From positions 1,854,293 to 1,918,292 of the forward strand of contig NW_003314289.1 of assembly GCF_000143415.4 (NCBI RefSeq): a stretch of 64,000 bases of DNA. Direction: 5' to 3'. Origin of the DNA: Selaginella moellendorffii. Taxonomy: Eukaryota > Plantae > Lycopodiophyta. Of this stretch, positions 36,132 to 47,193 are shown piece after piece. Under the pieces are notes generated by a model. It was not told the origin of the DNA and did no database searches. It worked only from the letters and a program-made list of their open reading frames with translations. Position 1 is the first letter of the stretch. The number at the start of each line of letters is the position of its first letter. A program made the translations under genes and the position numbers.

Positions 36132-37191
36132 CTACGCATCCTTGTTGTCTTCCTCGCCCTCTTCCACCTCGCCTTCCCTGGGGATGATGATTCCATAGCC
36201 GCCTTCTTTCCTCTTGTAGAGGATGTTCACCTCGCCTGGAAGTGGAAGATGGGAATAAGAAATCGTGACGATAGATCTCGCGAGCTTACCACTCTCGGCA
36301 TTCCTGAACGCGTAGAAATCATGGCCAACGTTTGCCATGTGGTCCATTGCGTCGTTGATCTTGAGGGGTGGCATGTCAAAGATCTTGGTTCTCACAATCT
36401 AGCAAAACCAAAAGAATGATCATCGAGAGAGCAGTGGATCATCGATCGCTCACTCACCTCGTCTGGAAAGTCAGGCTCCTCCACAGCCGGGGTTGGAGGA
36501 GCGCTAGACGATTCCCTGGAGAGGATCTCCCCGACGTGAGATGGCAAGCGCCGGCCATGTCCGTCCCTCTCTTTGATCTTGCGGAGTTTCCTGGCCACCA
36601 CGTCCGACACCCGGTCGATGGCCGAGTACATGCTATCGGTCGCTTCCTCGGCTCGCACGACACCGTGCTTCTTCGTAAACATGGTCACCTGTTGGATCGA
36701 ATCCATCACGACCACGATTGATCCAAAGACAAGAAAGAACTACCTCGCATTTCTGGAGCTTTTGTCCCCTGCCACTCTCGCCGCCGCGCACGGACAAGCG
36801 AACGTCCACCTCCATCACCAGATACGCGTGATTGTGCACGGCCTTGCCGACTTTGTCCTCCACATAAGCTTTGAGCGCCTCCGTGAGCTGTGCCCATCAT
36901 CGCCAAAAGATTTGTAGCAAAGCGATCGTGCGAGCACTCGTCACTCACCTCCAAATGCTTGCCCTGGATGACGAGCCGAATGGACGCCAGGCTTCCCGCC
37001 CAGGCCATGCTGATCCTACTCGTGCTCGTTTCGAAGATCAGCCGCGCCGGCGACGCGATGATCGTCCTCGAGGAAGAATGCGGCACGAAGCTGCTGCCCA
37101 GAACCAGCGGCGAGCGCGCGGTGACGCCATAGCTCGGCATGGGCGACGTAAACACCCGCGGAGCTCCACTAGCAGTAGCCATGCCCGCCAT
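36132..37191 (-). CDS. PSRP1: Plastid ribosome-binding factor PSRP1 (HPF/RaiA-like hibernation factor), multi-exon
   Basis: Transit-peptide-like N-terminus; [10 protein letters not shown]; [23 protein letters not shown]; [19 protein letters not shown]; [10 protein letters not shown]; [27 protein letters not shown]. Confidence 0.93.
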
Positions 37192-37431
37192 GACAACGAT
37201 GTATGGATAGACTGTAGAAAGAATAATATAAAACACTTTGTAAGAAACAAACACGCGTCTACATACTTTAGAGCTTCACTGGAGAAGAAATCACGAAACA
37301 ATCCTAGATCATAGAAAAACCAAAACGTCAGAAGCGATACAACACAAATCCTAGAGCTCATCACCACCTTTTATCTTCGCTCTCCAAGGTTCTCGAGAAG
37401 AACCACCGCTTTGCTTTGTTCTTGGCCGCGG

Positions 37432-39096
37432 CTAGAACTTGAACTTTTGCTTCTTGCTGCCCGATGCCTGCTGCTTCTCCTTGCGCTTCCGGCTCTTCTC
37501 CCTCACATGATCCGCCACCATGTCGCTAAAGTCCTCGGTCTGCGGCTGGTTCGCGGTCCGCGCCTCCTCGTACTTGTCCCGGATGTCCTTCTCCTCCACA
37601 CCGCGCTCCAGCTCCTCGGGACGCAGCGTCACCTCCACCCGGCTGTTGGCACCGCCACGCCGCCCCACCGCCACCGCATTGCCAGCCTTGGAACTGGAAG
37701 CTGCCACCGCCGCCTTGGAGCCAGCATCCGGGACGATGTATCGGTGGTCCGGCGCCAGGAGAGCATCCGAGGCAATCGTCACGCCCTCCTGCTGGACAAC
37801 CTGGTAGAGTTGCTGCTGCTGCTGCTGGGACGCCACCGCGGCTGATACCGCCGCCGCCGCAGCCACCGCCGCCGACCGGCTGCTCGTCTTCCTCAGCTCC
37901 AGCTCGCTCACCACCGACGCCGAGCCGCTGTCGATCGTCAGCTGCTCCTGCTCCTCGCTTCCAGCCTCGCTCGGCTCAATCAGCTGCGCTGCGTCCTCCA
38001 CTTCCTCCTGTTGCTCCTCCTCCTCCTCCTCCTCCTCCTCTTCTTCCTCTTCCTCCTCGTCCAGATCCCCCCAGCGCCGCCGGTCCAGTCCCAAGTTCTC
38101 GTTCACGTAGATGGGCTGCGCGTCGCGAGCTCCCGGGATCTGGAGGCCCGGGTAGCAGGGAGGGGGGCCATACGTCTGCATGTTGTAGATCCACGGCATG
38201 AAGTCGCCGGGACCGATTCCCAGCGCGTTGCGCAGCTCGGTGCTCAGAGTTCCCGGCTTGAACCGCCGCCGCTTCTCTGTCACGTCGTCCTCCTCCTTCC
38301 CCCAGTAGTACATGTCGCCGAATCCCGACAGCCGCGGCTTGGTCTGGTACTTGAAGAAGGCGTTGTACATCACTTGGTAGTCGAGGTTGAGCTTGCCAAC
38401 TTTGCCTTTCATCTTGGAGCTCTGCTTCTGCTTGAGGCTCTTGCTCGCCTCCTTCTCCCGCAGCTCCTCGCGCATCTTGCCGATGCCCGTGGCCGCGATG
38501 TAGTCCGGGAGATTGTAGCTCGACCGCTCCTTGCCCAGCTTCCTCGAGAGGTAGCGGCCCTTCTCGGACCAGTGGCGCGGCACCGGCACCGTGTTCCTGT
38601 ACGACTTGAGATAGATGAGGAGCTCCGGGTCGGGGGCGCTCGCGTCCCACACCTCCACCACCGACGGGTTCCTGCACTTGCTCTTGAGCTCCGCGACCCT
38701 GGTCTGGATCTTCTTCTTGCGCTCTCTCTTGGGCAGCTTCTTGTTGGGATCCACCAGGCTGCCAGCCCCCGTTCCTCCTCCCATATCCCCGCCATCGTCA
38801 ATCTCCTCCTCCAAATCCCGGCGGAGGAGGGCGTGGGCGTCCTTCCTCACCTTTCCCTCATCTTGCTCGTCCTTTGGCTGCGATTCATCCTTTTTGGCCT
38901 CGGAAAACCTGGCAAACACATTGACAAACTGAATGGCCAAGACATCATCACCTCCAATCTCCTCCGGGACGTATTCAATCTCCACACCCTCCTCCTTCTT
39001 TACCGGCGGCAGTGGCGGCAGTGGCGGCAGCGGCGCCATAGCGTCGGCCCCCTTGGCAGTCTTGCCATTGCGCTGCTTCCTCTTCGCCCTCGCCAT
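37432..39096 (-). CDS. SF3B2: Splicing factor SF3B2/SAP145-like (DUF382 + PSP), intronless and divergent
   Basis: VAELK..VVEVWDASAPDPELLIYLKSYRNTVPVPRHW; AFFKYQTKP; KPGTLSTELRNALG; PWIYNMQTYGPPPCYP; EDFSDMVA..KKQKFKF*. Confidence 0.88.
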   Translation of the reverse strand: MARAKRKQRNGKTAKGADAMAPLPPLPPLPPVKKEEGVEIEYVPEEIGGDDVLAIQFVNVFARFSEAKKDESQPKDEQDEGKVRKDAHALLRRDLEEEIDDGGDMGGGTGAGSLVDPNKKLPKRERKKKIQTRVAELKSKCRNPSVVEVWDASAPDPELLIYLKSYRNTVPVPRHWSEKGRYLSRKLGKERSSYNLPDYIAATGIGKMREELREKEASKSLKQKQSSKMKGKVGKLNLDYQVMYNAFFKYQTKPRLSGFGDMYYWGKEEDDVTEKRRRFKPGTLSTELRNALGIGPGDFMPWIYNMQTYGPPPCYPGLQIPGARDAQPIYVNENLGLDRRRWGDLDEEEEEEEEEEEEEEEQQEEVEDAAQLIEPSEAGSEEQEQLTIDSGSASVVSELELRKTSSRSAAVAAAAAVSAAVASQQQQQQLYQVVQQEGVTIASDALLAPDHRYIVPDAGSKAAVAASSSKAGNAVAVGRRGGANSRVEVTLRPEELERGVEEKDIRDKYEEARTANQPQTEDFSDMVADHVREKSRKRKEKQQASGSKKQKFKF

Positions 39097-39258
39097 CACA
39101 AGCCCTAGAATTTCCACGAACCCTAAAGCTACACAAACCCTAAAGCTAACCCCGCCCCCTTTATATAATAATCTAAAGGGGCCCCGTTAAAAAGGGTAAC
39201 TATGGAGATGGTTTCTGGCAGAAAAAAAATTCTTGGCTTGTATGATCATGGTGGAAAA

Positions 39259-40904
39259 TCACATGAGCTGCGGCGGATACCACAGCGCCGATCTTGGCAG
39301 TCGCTCCTGCGGGTAGTATCCCAAGTGCCGGATCTGGGCCTCCTGCCATCGCTTCATCTTGTCCTGGTCGATGAGATACTCGAGGTTGCTCTGGATGCTC
39401 TCCAGCGCCGCCTCCACTCGCTCCTCCTCCTCGCTCCGGCTGCTCGACAGCTTCACCTCCGCCCAAAGCCTTCGCGCTTTTCTTCTCGGCTCGTCGTCCG
39501 AGCACGCGCAGGGTGATGGACTTCTGCTGATCTCCACCGACACCACGGAGCCACCACCGCCACCTCTCGGGCTGTGTCCTCTGGATCGAGAGCCGCCTCG
39601 AGAGCACGGTCGAGAGCAGGGGCTCCTCCCTCTCGATCCGCTCGGGCTGATGCCACTCGAGCCCCGGCTCAAGCACGAGGTGACGAAATTCGAGCACTTG
39701 GAAAGCTTGCCGGCTGGCGTCGTCTCTCTGGAGAAGCACACACGGATGATTAGTCGAGCAGAGAAACGAGGAAAGCAAAGCAAAGCTTACATCTGGATTG
39801 AAGAGGTGAAGCTCCGATCTTTGCAAAGCTCCTGGAACTAACTTAACACCCGTTACTGTGCGAAAACTCTCGAGGACTGGCTTACTGGCCTGTTCTACAG
39901 GGACGACAACGCCGACGACGACAACGACGCGACGAACTCTTCTGCTGGCTGTGATGATCCTTCTTCCAGCTCAAAATTACCTGAGGCCCATTCCCTTCAA
40001 TGTCCAGTGTGATCCCCGGCCGAGAGTCCGCGTAGTCGACCAGCCTTTCCACCTCCCGCTCCAGGCGGTCCAGCTCGGCCGCGGTTTCTCTCGTCTCCAG
40101 CTCCCGCTGGATCTTGCGTGCCAGCCTCATGATGCACTCGGCTCCGCCTTGAGGCTTGTCTTCCAGGACGATATCTGCAACCAAGCTGCTCATTCAAGAC
40201 TGAAAACATAGGAAAAACGAGCAAGGAAAAGAAATGGAGAGAAGAGCACACTCTTTGGCAGAATTACCAGATAGAGTGCCCAATATCCAACCTATTGTTG
40301 CCTTCCTCTGGAGCGTATCATTCTCCACCTCGAAAAACTTCCTCTCGCGCTCTTTCCTCCGCTGGACCCGTCGCACTTCATCCTCGAGTGCCAAAACACG
40401 CTGCAAAAGTTGCTGGAAAGGAGAGAAAGAAGAACATCACATCACCATCTCGACCAAGAAAAAACGATAAGAGCTTGCCTTTCTTCTGCCTTGTTCTTTC
40501 CGGAGGAGCCCATCCTTCTTCTCCACGTCGATGCTCAAACTTATGCTCCCACCATCGTCGTCTTTGCATCGGGACTCGTACTCACACGTGATCTTGTGCT
40601 TGCCATCGAGCTCCTTCTCCAAAAGCTTGAGCTTCTTCTCCTGGATCGCACTCTCGAGGCTCTTGAGGTGATCCAACAGGTCGTGATTCTCCCTCTCGTG
40701 CATCCGGATGATCTCCTGCTTCAGCCTGGCGATGTCAAGGTCCTCCCCACATCCCCCGCACTTTTTATTCTTCCTGGAATTCATTCCACGCCACGGTCAC
40801 TCACACACCAAAGATCGATGGATCCCGCGCTTACATCTTCCAATCTCTCACCGCCGCATTTCCAGATCCACACTGCGCAGGCGCTGTCCAGAATCATCCA
40901 CCAT
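39259..40904 (-). CDS. Coiled-coil, Ser/Arg-rich protein of unknown function, about 5-6 exons
   Basis: Chain of GT-AG-separated open exons: MVDDSGQRLRSVDLEMRR/KNKKCGGCGEDLDIARLKQE..., QRVLALEDEVRR..., ...RSPSPCACSDDE..VEAALESIQSNLEYL. Confidence 0.6.
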
Positions 40905-41123
40905 GCCGCTGCTGCGAGGGGGCATCTCCACCAGGAGCCCTAAAACTCAAGACCTTTCGTCCACGTGGCACATCAAGCGCCACGTATGCACAACATCCCG
41001 CCAGAATTCACAGTTTTAAAATTCAGATTCAAATTCAAATTTTTGTACTTTCAGAAGCTCAGCTATGGAGAACAATGAAGCTTTTCAGTAGTGTACATGA
41101 GAAGAGAAAGAAGATCACTAAAC

Positions 41124-44100
41124 TCAAACCCCGACGCTTTGGAGTGGAGTTTGGGGCGGCGGCGCCACCCCCACCGATCCGGCCGAGCTGTTGGATTCGA
41201 TGTCTTTGAGATACCTGGCGACTTGGAGCATGCTGGGCCTCTTCGCCGGATCCTCGGCCGTGCAAAGGCTCGCGACTTGCAACACCTGGAGCATCTCCAC
41301 CTTCCAGGGCCCGTTGGAGATGTCCGGGTCCAACACCTCGGCTGCTTGCCCGAGCTTGATCATCTGCCTCACCCATCCGATGAGGTTGCCTCCCTCCACG
41401 TCCTTGAATTCGATCCCGGTTGGCTCCTTGCCGCTCAAGATCTCCAGCAGGATCACTCCATAGCTGTACACGTCCCCCCTGGTTGTGGATCTCCAGCTCT
41501 GGCCATACTCCGGAGGGATGTAGCCGAAAGTCCCCGCGATGTCCGTGCTGACGTGAGTTTCGTAAGCGCTGATGAGACGGGCGAGGCCGAAGTCGGCTAT
41601 CCGAGGCTCAAACTCCGCGTCCAGGAGGATGTTGCTAGCTTTCATGTCCCTGTGGATGATGTGCGGTACCAGTCCGTGGTGGAGGAAGGCCAGGCCCCGA
41701 GCCGACCCCGTCGCGATCTTAAACCTCTTGGGCCAGTCGAGGACTTCGAGAGCGTCCGCTCGGTTTCGCAGCCACAAGTCGAGGCTCCCGTTCACCATGT
41801 AGTCGTAGACGAGCAGCTTCTCCTCGCCAAACGAGCAGTAGCCCAGTAGCGGGACCAGGTTCCGGTGCTTCACCTTGCCAAGCGTTTCCATCTCCGCCAG
41901 AAACTCCCGGTTGCCTTGGTTCCGCGCCTGGCCCAGCTTCTTCACCGCGACGCTCCTCCCGTCGGGAAGAACGGCCTTGTACACCGTCCCAAAGCCACCG
42001 TCTCCAATGATGTTGGCCTTACAGAAGCTGCCAGTTGCCTGTAAGATGTCGGCCAGCGTCAGCCTCAGCGGAAGAGGCCTCTCAAACATGGCGACGTTGA
42101 TGCTCAGAGGCTCCTTCATCTTGCTCACGGACAGCATCGAAGGATCTATGGAGGAGCCGTTGCTCAGCTTGCCTTCGTCGGACATCTTCATGAAAGGCTC
42201 GTGCTTGACCGTCCGGCACCTCATCAGCGCAAAGACGAAGCTGAAAAATGCCACCACGCTGCCTATCACGATCCCGAGCAGAGCTGACGCCGACAAGCTG
42301 TTCGTTTCGTGCTTCCCTGACGGGCATTCGGAGCGAAAAATGCTGCCACAGAGAGCCTTGTTCGAGAGAAACGCCTGTGGAGTGAAGTTGCTGCATCGCT
42401 CTGGGACGGGACCAACCAGCCTGTTGTTGGACATGTTTAAGAAGCTCAGGTTGGAGAACTCGCAAAGCTTGTCGGGTATCTTTCCTGTTAGCTCGTTGTC
42501 GGAGACGTCTGCGTAGCTGAGCTGCATCAAGTTGGCAAGCTCCGTAGGAATAGCACCGCTGAAGCCATTGCCTTTGAGACTGAGGTACGAGAGACCAGAT
42601 AAGTTACCGATGCTGCTTGGTATCGCTCCTCGAAATAAATTATGGCTGAGATCCAAAACCTGTACTTGGTGCCATGCAGCACTTTCAGTGAGAAGGCCAC
42701 GGATGTCCCCGGTAAACCGATTGTTCTGGACGTAGAGCCCGACAAGGAACAACAGGCGTGCCATCGAGTCCGGCAGCTCACCACTGAGATTGTTGTTGCT
42801 CACGTCCAGATGAGATAGAAACGTCAAGTTCCCAATGGTGTCCGGCAATGTCCCGGATAGTGCGTTGCCAGTGACGTTGAGCTCCACCAGGCGACCGAGC
42901 TGGCCAAACTCGGAGGGAATGCTGCCAGTGAGGTGATTGTTTGCAAAGTTCAGTCCTTGAATCTTCTGGCAGTCGCCGAGTTGTGGAGGAATCGTTCCAC
43001 TCAACTGATTCTCGGAAAGATCCAAGGTCGTCAGGTTGGTTAGCTTGGCAATCTCCTTGGGAATGCTGCCTGAAAGCCGGTTCCCCCGCAAGTGAACCTC
43101 AACCAGCACTGCGCAGTCACCGATTTGCGGAGGTATGGTACCCGTGAGCTCGTTCCACGACAAGTCGAGTATACCGTGGTGCTGGATGAAGCTCGAGTCC
43201 GGAATGGCAATCTGCTGGAAGTCGGAGCACATCTCTGGCGGTATGGTACCGGTGAGCTTGTTGTGGGACAGCACCAAGTAGTCGAGCAGCACGAGCCTGC
43301 CAACTTCTTTGGGAATAGACCCCGTCAGCGAGTTGCTCCCCAAGTTGAGGGTAGTCAACCTCTCGCAGTGACCAAGTTCCGCTGGAATGGAGCCGGACAA
43401 GCGGTTGTGCAAGAGCGAAAGGACCGTCAAGTTGGAAAGCTTTCCAAGCTCACGAGGGAGTGAGCCGTTGAGGAAGTTGTTGTCGAGGATCAAGTGCTGC
43501 AGACTGTGTAAGTTTCCGACCAGTGGTGAAAGCTGGCCCTCAAAGTTGTTGTTGCTTGCGTATATCTCCATCAGAATCGGCGACTGCCAGAGCTCGTCCG
43601 GGAGTGTCCCTGTGAAGTTGTTCCCACTCAAGTCGAGGATCATCAGCGGAAGCGCAAGCAGATCGGTCGGAAGTGGCCCGGAGAGATTGTTGGACGTGAG
43701 ATCCAACTGCGTCAAGTTGGTGCACTTGGAAAATGTCCCCACGATGCTTCCGGAAAACATGTTCCTGTTGAGCGTCAGCTGACTCAAGGCCCGCGCGTCA
43801 CAAAGCTCCTTTGGAATCTCCCCAGACAAGAGATTGGTGTCGACTCCCAGGTCTCGGAGAGAGCTGCAGTTGCCAAGCTCCGGAGGAAGACTTCCCGTGA
43901 AGCTGTTGGTAGAAAGCAGTATGGAGTCCACCCTTTTCCACCTCCCAATCCACGACGGTATCGGCCCCGAAAGCATGTTCCCCTCCACAGTGAAGGACAC
44001 CAGCCTCTCCAAGTTGGCCAGCTCCTCGGGCAGCCGGCCTGACAGCAGATTGAAAGCAAGGTCGATGACTTGCAAGCTTCGACACCTTCCAAGAGCTCCT

Positions 44101-45227
44101 GGAATGCTCCCGTTGATCTGTGACACCGCCAGGCTCATCGAAATGAGGTTGCTCAGGTCTCCAAACGAGTCGGGGATAGGACCGCTGAGCAGGTTGTTGG
44201 AGAGATCAAACTTCTGGAGCTGGCTGCAGTTTCCAAGGCTCGCAGGTATAGACCCCGAGAGGCGGGTGTTGGCAACGTACAGAATCTTGAGGCTGCCGAG
44301 CTCTCCAAACTCCCACGGAAGACTCCCACTAAAACCGTTGATACCCAGGCTAAGCTCTTGCATGCTTCGCAGACGTCCAATCTCCCCAGGAATGGGACCC
44401 GACAGCGAATTGTTGGTGATGTCCAGGGTGACGAGGAGCTCGAGCTGCGTGAGCTGCGTCGGGAAAGGCCCGGAGAAGCCATTGTTGGAAAGGTCGAGGT
44501 TGACGAGCTGCGACAAGTTGCCCAAGTGCGGAGGAATTTGGCCGGTGAAAGCGTTGCTGCTGAGATCAAGATAGCTGAGGTTTCGGAGAGAGCCCAACGT
44601 CGATGGGACGCTTCCCGAGAGCCAGTTACTTCCGAGATCCAGCTTTTGGAGTCTGAGAAGCGATCCAATCTCGCCAGGAACAGTGCCACGGAGAGAGTTT
44701 CGACTGAGCACCAGCTCCTCGAGACGCTGGAGCTTGCCAAACTCGGCCGGAATGCTTCCCTCGATGAGATTGGAGCTCACGTCCAGCTGCTTCAAACTGC
44801 TCAGGCCAAAGATCTCGTCCGGCAGACTCCCCGAGAGAAGATTGCTGGCGAGAAAGAGAACTTCCAGCTTGCCCAACGATCCAATCTCGGCGGGGATACT
44901 CCCGGACAGAGCATTGCCACTCAAGTCAATGTGTTGCAAGCTGCTCAAGCTCCCGAGCGATGGTGAGAGAGGGCCCTGGAGACTGAGCTCCGGAAGCTCG
45001 AGAGAAGTGATCCGGCCCTGCCCATTGCAGTGGATCCCCGTGAAAGCGCACACATTGGAGGCGGACTTATCTGACCAGTCGGCGAGAGCATCCCAGCCGC
45101 CAGTGAGCGCTTGCTTAAAGGAGAGAAGGGCTTGGAGCTCCGCGGCTGTGGCATCGGCAGTGGGTGCGGCGTCGATCGCTTGATGCAACAGTAGCAGCAG
45201 CAGCAGCAGGAACAAGGGCAGGGCCAT
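41124..45227 (-). CDS. EMS1: LRR receptor kinase EMS1/EXS-like (LRR-X), intronless
   Basis: Signal peptide and a long LRR array. Island FQQIAIPDSSFIQHHGILDLS. TM segment. Juxtamembrane EPLSINVAMFERPL..LTLADILQAT. Kinase motifs GDGGFGTVY, HRDMKASN, DFG, GTFGYIPPEY. Confidence 0.93.
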   Translation of the reverse strand: MALPLFLLLLLLLLHQAIDAAPTADATAAELQALLSFKQALTGGWDALADWSDKSASNVCAFTGIHCNGQGRITSLELPELSLQGPLSPSLGSLSSLQHIDLSGNALSGSIPAEIGSLGKLEVLFLASNLLSGSLPDEIFGLSSLKQLDVSSNLIEGSIPAEFGKLQRLEELVLSRNSLRGTVPGEIGSLLRLQKLDLGSNWLSGSVPSTLGSLRNLSYLDLSSNAFTGQIPPHLGNLSQLVNLDLSNNGFSGPFPTQLTQLELLVTLDITNNSLSGPIPGEIGRLRSMQELSLGINGFSGSLPWEFGELGSLKILYVANTRLSGSIPASLGNCSQLQKFDLSNNLLSGPIPDSFGDLSNLISMSLAVSQINGSIPGALGRCRSLQVIDLAFNLLSGRLPEELANLERLVSFTVEGNMLSGPIPSWIGRWKRVDSILLSTNSFTGSLPPELGNCSSLRDLGVDTNLLSGEIPKELCDARALSQLTLNRNMFSGSIVGTFSKCTNLTQLDLTSNNLSGPLPTDLLALPLMILDLSGNNFTGTLPDELWQSPILMEIYASNNNFEGQLSPLVGNLHSLQHLILDNNFLNGSLPRELGKLSNLTVLSLLHNRLSGSIPAELGHCERLTTLNLGSNSLTGSIPKEVGRLVLLDYLVLSHNKLTGTIPPEMCSDFQQIAIPDSSFIQHHGILDLSWNELTGTIPPQIGDCAVLVEVHLRGNRLSGSIPKEIAKLTNLTTLDLSENQLSGTIPPQLGDCQKIQGLNFANNHLTGSIPSEFGQLGRLVELNVTGNALSGTLPDTIGNLTFLSHLDVSNNNLSGELPDSMARLLFLVGLYVQNNRFTGDIRGLLTESAAWHQVQVLDLSHNLFRGAIPSSIGNLSGLSYLSLKGNGFSGAIPTELANLMQLSYADVSDNELTGKIPDKLCEFSNLSFLNMSNNRLVGPVPERCSNFTPQAFLSNKALCGSIFRSECPSGKHETNSLSASALLGIVIGSVVAFFSFVFALMRCRTVKHEPFMKMSDEGKLSNGSSIDPSMLSVSKMKEPLSINVAMFERPLPLRLTLADILQATGSFCKANIIGDGGFGTVYKAVLPDGRSVAVKKLGQARNQGNREFLAEMETLGKVKHRNLVPLLGYCSFGEEKLLVYDYMVNGSLDLWLRNRADALEVLDWPKRFKIATGSARGLAFLHHGLVPHIIHRDMKASNILLDAEFEPRIADFGLARLISAYETHVSTDIAGTFGYIPPEYGQSWRSTTRGDVYSYGVILLEILSGKEPTGIEFKDVEGGNLIGWVRQMIKLGQAAEVLDPDISNGPWKVEMLQVLQVASLCTAEDPAKRPSMLQVARYLKDIESNSSAGSVGVAPPPQTPLQSVGV

Positions 45228-46956
45228 TTGCTTCTTCTTCCTCAACTGGATGGAGATCACTGCTCGATCAACCGAGCGCTAGCTAGAAATACTCTTGCGG
45301 TCCAGCTGCCACTCCCCGCTGGCCTGTGTGAGGAACGCAATGTAACCGATGATTTAGTCTATGATTCCAAGCAAGCGAAGAAAGCGAGCGTACCAGATAG
45401 ATAATCAGCCCGTTGCCATGGCCGGCCCTATGATGCGATCGATCGCGAGTGGCGCAATGCCGTCACGGCTGTGGCACGCATTCTTGATCGAATCCCAAAA
45501 TATTTCGGCCCCCGCGCAATCCCGGTAACCCCCTGGCGCTCCCTGCCCAGCGGCGCTCGCTCGATCGACTAGCGAAGATCCGATCGCGAGAGGAAGAGCT
45601 CTCACCCAGCGAGGAAGAGTATCTTCGATACGCCGTCACGAAGAAAGGATTGGCGGAGGCGATCGAGCGCCGAGGAGAGAGAATGTAGGTATAGGGAGGG
45701 ATCCTCACAGAGAGGGCGCCATCGCCATGGCCATAGCCGCCTCCACTTCTCCTCGTTTGTTCATGTATGTTGTGCCCCGGCGACGTGGCGCCACGCAGCG
45801 CCGTTGGATGGGCATACACGGACAAAACGGAGATTTCGTGACGAGGAATATTCTCGCCATTCCGCCGATTAGAATCGATTAGAATGGGCCCGCTCAAATC
45901 CGCCAATGCGCTGCATTTGCCGGCATGATTAGTTCTTTACCTGCGAGTCAAATACACCTCCTGCGCCAGTGGGTATTTTACCGCGCTCTACGCAATACGC
46001 CCCAGAGTTAAATGGGAAAGCGACACGCGAATCTTTGGCGCTCGCGATGTGGATAGATCCGACGGCGGAGAGCGAAATGGCAGCGCCTGGTCCGGAGTTC
46101 GATGCCAGCCCACCCCCGAAACCTACTTTTCACCTTTTTTTTTCTTTCAAAATAATGGAGGGATTTTCCAAAAGGATCAAATTTCTTTCACTCAGAGCAC
46201 TGCACTGCATCTTTCATGAGAGGGGTCAAAAAAAAGAGATGAAAGGGCTGCGCTCTGCCCACTCTGGAAGCACTGTCGTTTTCCCTGGAGCGCTGGTGAA
46301 AGAAAGTTTTAACTTTCACTCCTGTTTTATTACTGCCACCACCACCACCATAGCTACCTATAACCAAGAACCCTAGGCGGCATTACGGACCAAACAACAA
46401 TGTAACACACTCCAATCCCAGGAACCCTAAACCAGCATCATTTCCTTGCGAGTGAATCAACCATGCAAAGTCGTACATATATATGATCTGGGATCAAATC
46501 TCTGGAGCGCCAGCTCTTCTGGGTGCTTTTATCCTAGACTAAGATTCTATAAAGAAATGGGAAAAGAGAGAGATGGGGACTCGCGACTATGATGCCTGCT
46601 ACTGGAGCGCGAAGGACCTGAGAGCCCTGACTCTCGACTTCCAAAGCATTATAGAAGCGAGTAAACAAGCATTTTTCCTGGCTTGCATCCATTTTTCTTG
46701 TGACTCCCCCACCCCCACTGTGCGCCATCGCAGTCGCGACTCGCGAGACAAAGTGTTGTTTTAAGTGTAGATGTTCTCTGGATGCGCGACACACATATCT
46801 CTCCTGGAACAACACGCTCGGGATCTGGACCCCGAGATTAAGCAATTCATCAAAGGCAAATGCCCTGTACCACTATTCTCAAGGATTCGCTAGATCGTCC
46901 TGCTTGGTTTCGGAGCTACAAAACAAGTTGCCAAGCCGAGCGAGATCTCATACCTG

Positions 46957-46978
46957 AGTGTGTGTGTGTGTGTGTGTG
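46957..46978 (+). repeat. (GT)n microsatellite
   Basis: About 10-11 GT units. Confidence 0.9.
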
Positions 46979-47193
46979 CGCTGCAGAAAACAATATCTTA
47001 CCACTCGAGAGCTAGCACCATCCTTTCTCTGGTGGAGAGAAGTTTTTAAAAGCACTTGAAAGCTGGTTTCATTGACTTGAGAAGCCAGGTTCAATCCCTG
47101 TAATTAAAGCCGGCGTGAGTGACCAAAACCAATTACCATCTTTCTTTCTAGTTCAGTCATTTTTTTACGTACCACTTACTGCATCATGTTGCA

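Noticed and set aside
46440-46960. Small plus-strand gene or peptide ligand upstream of EMS1
   Set aside because: No consistent spliced frame, signal peptide or TPD1-like Cys pattern.
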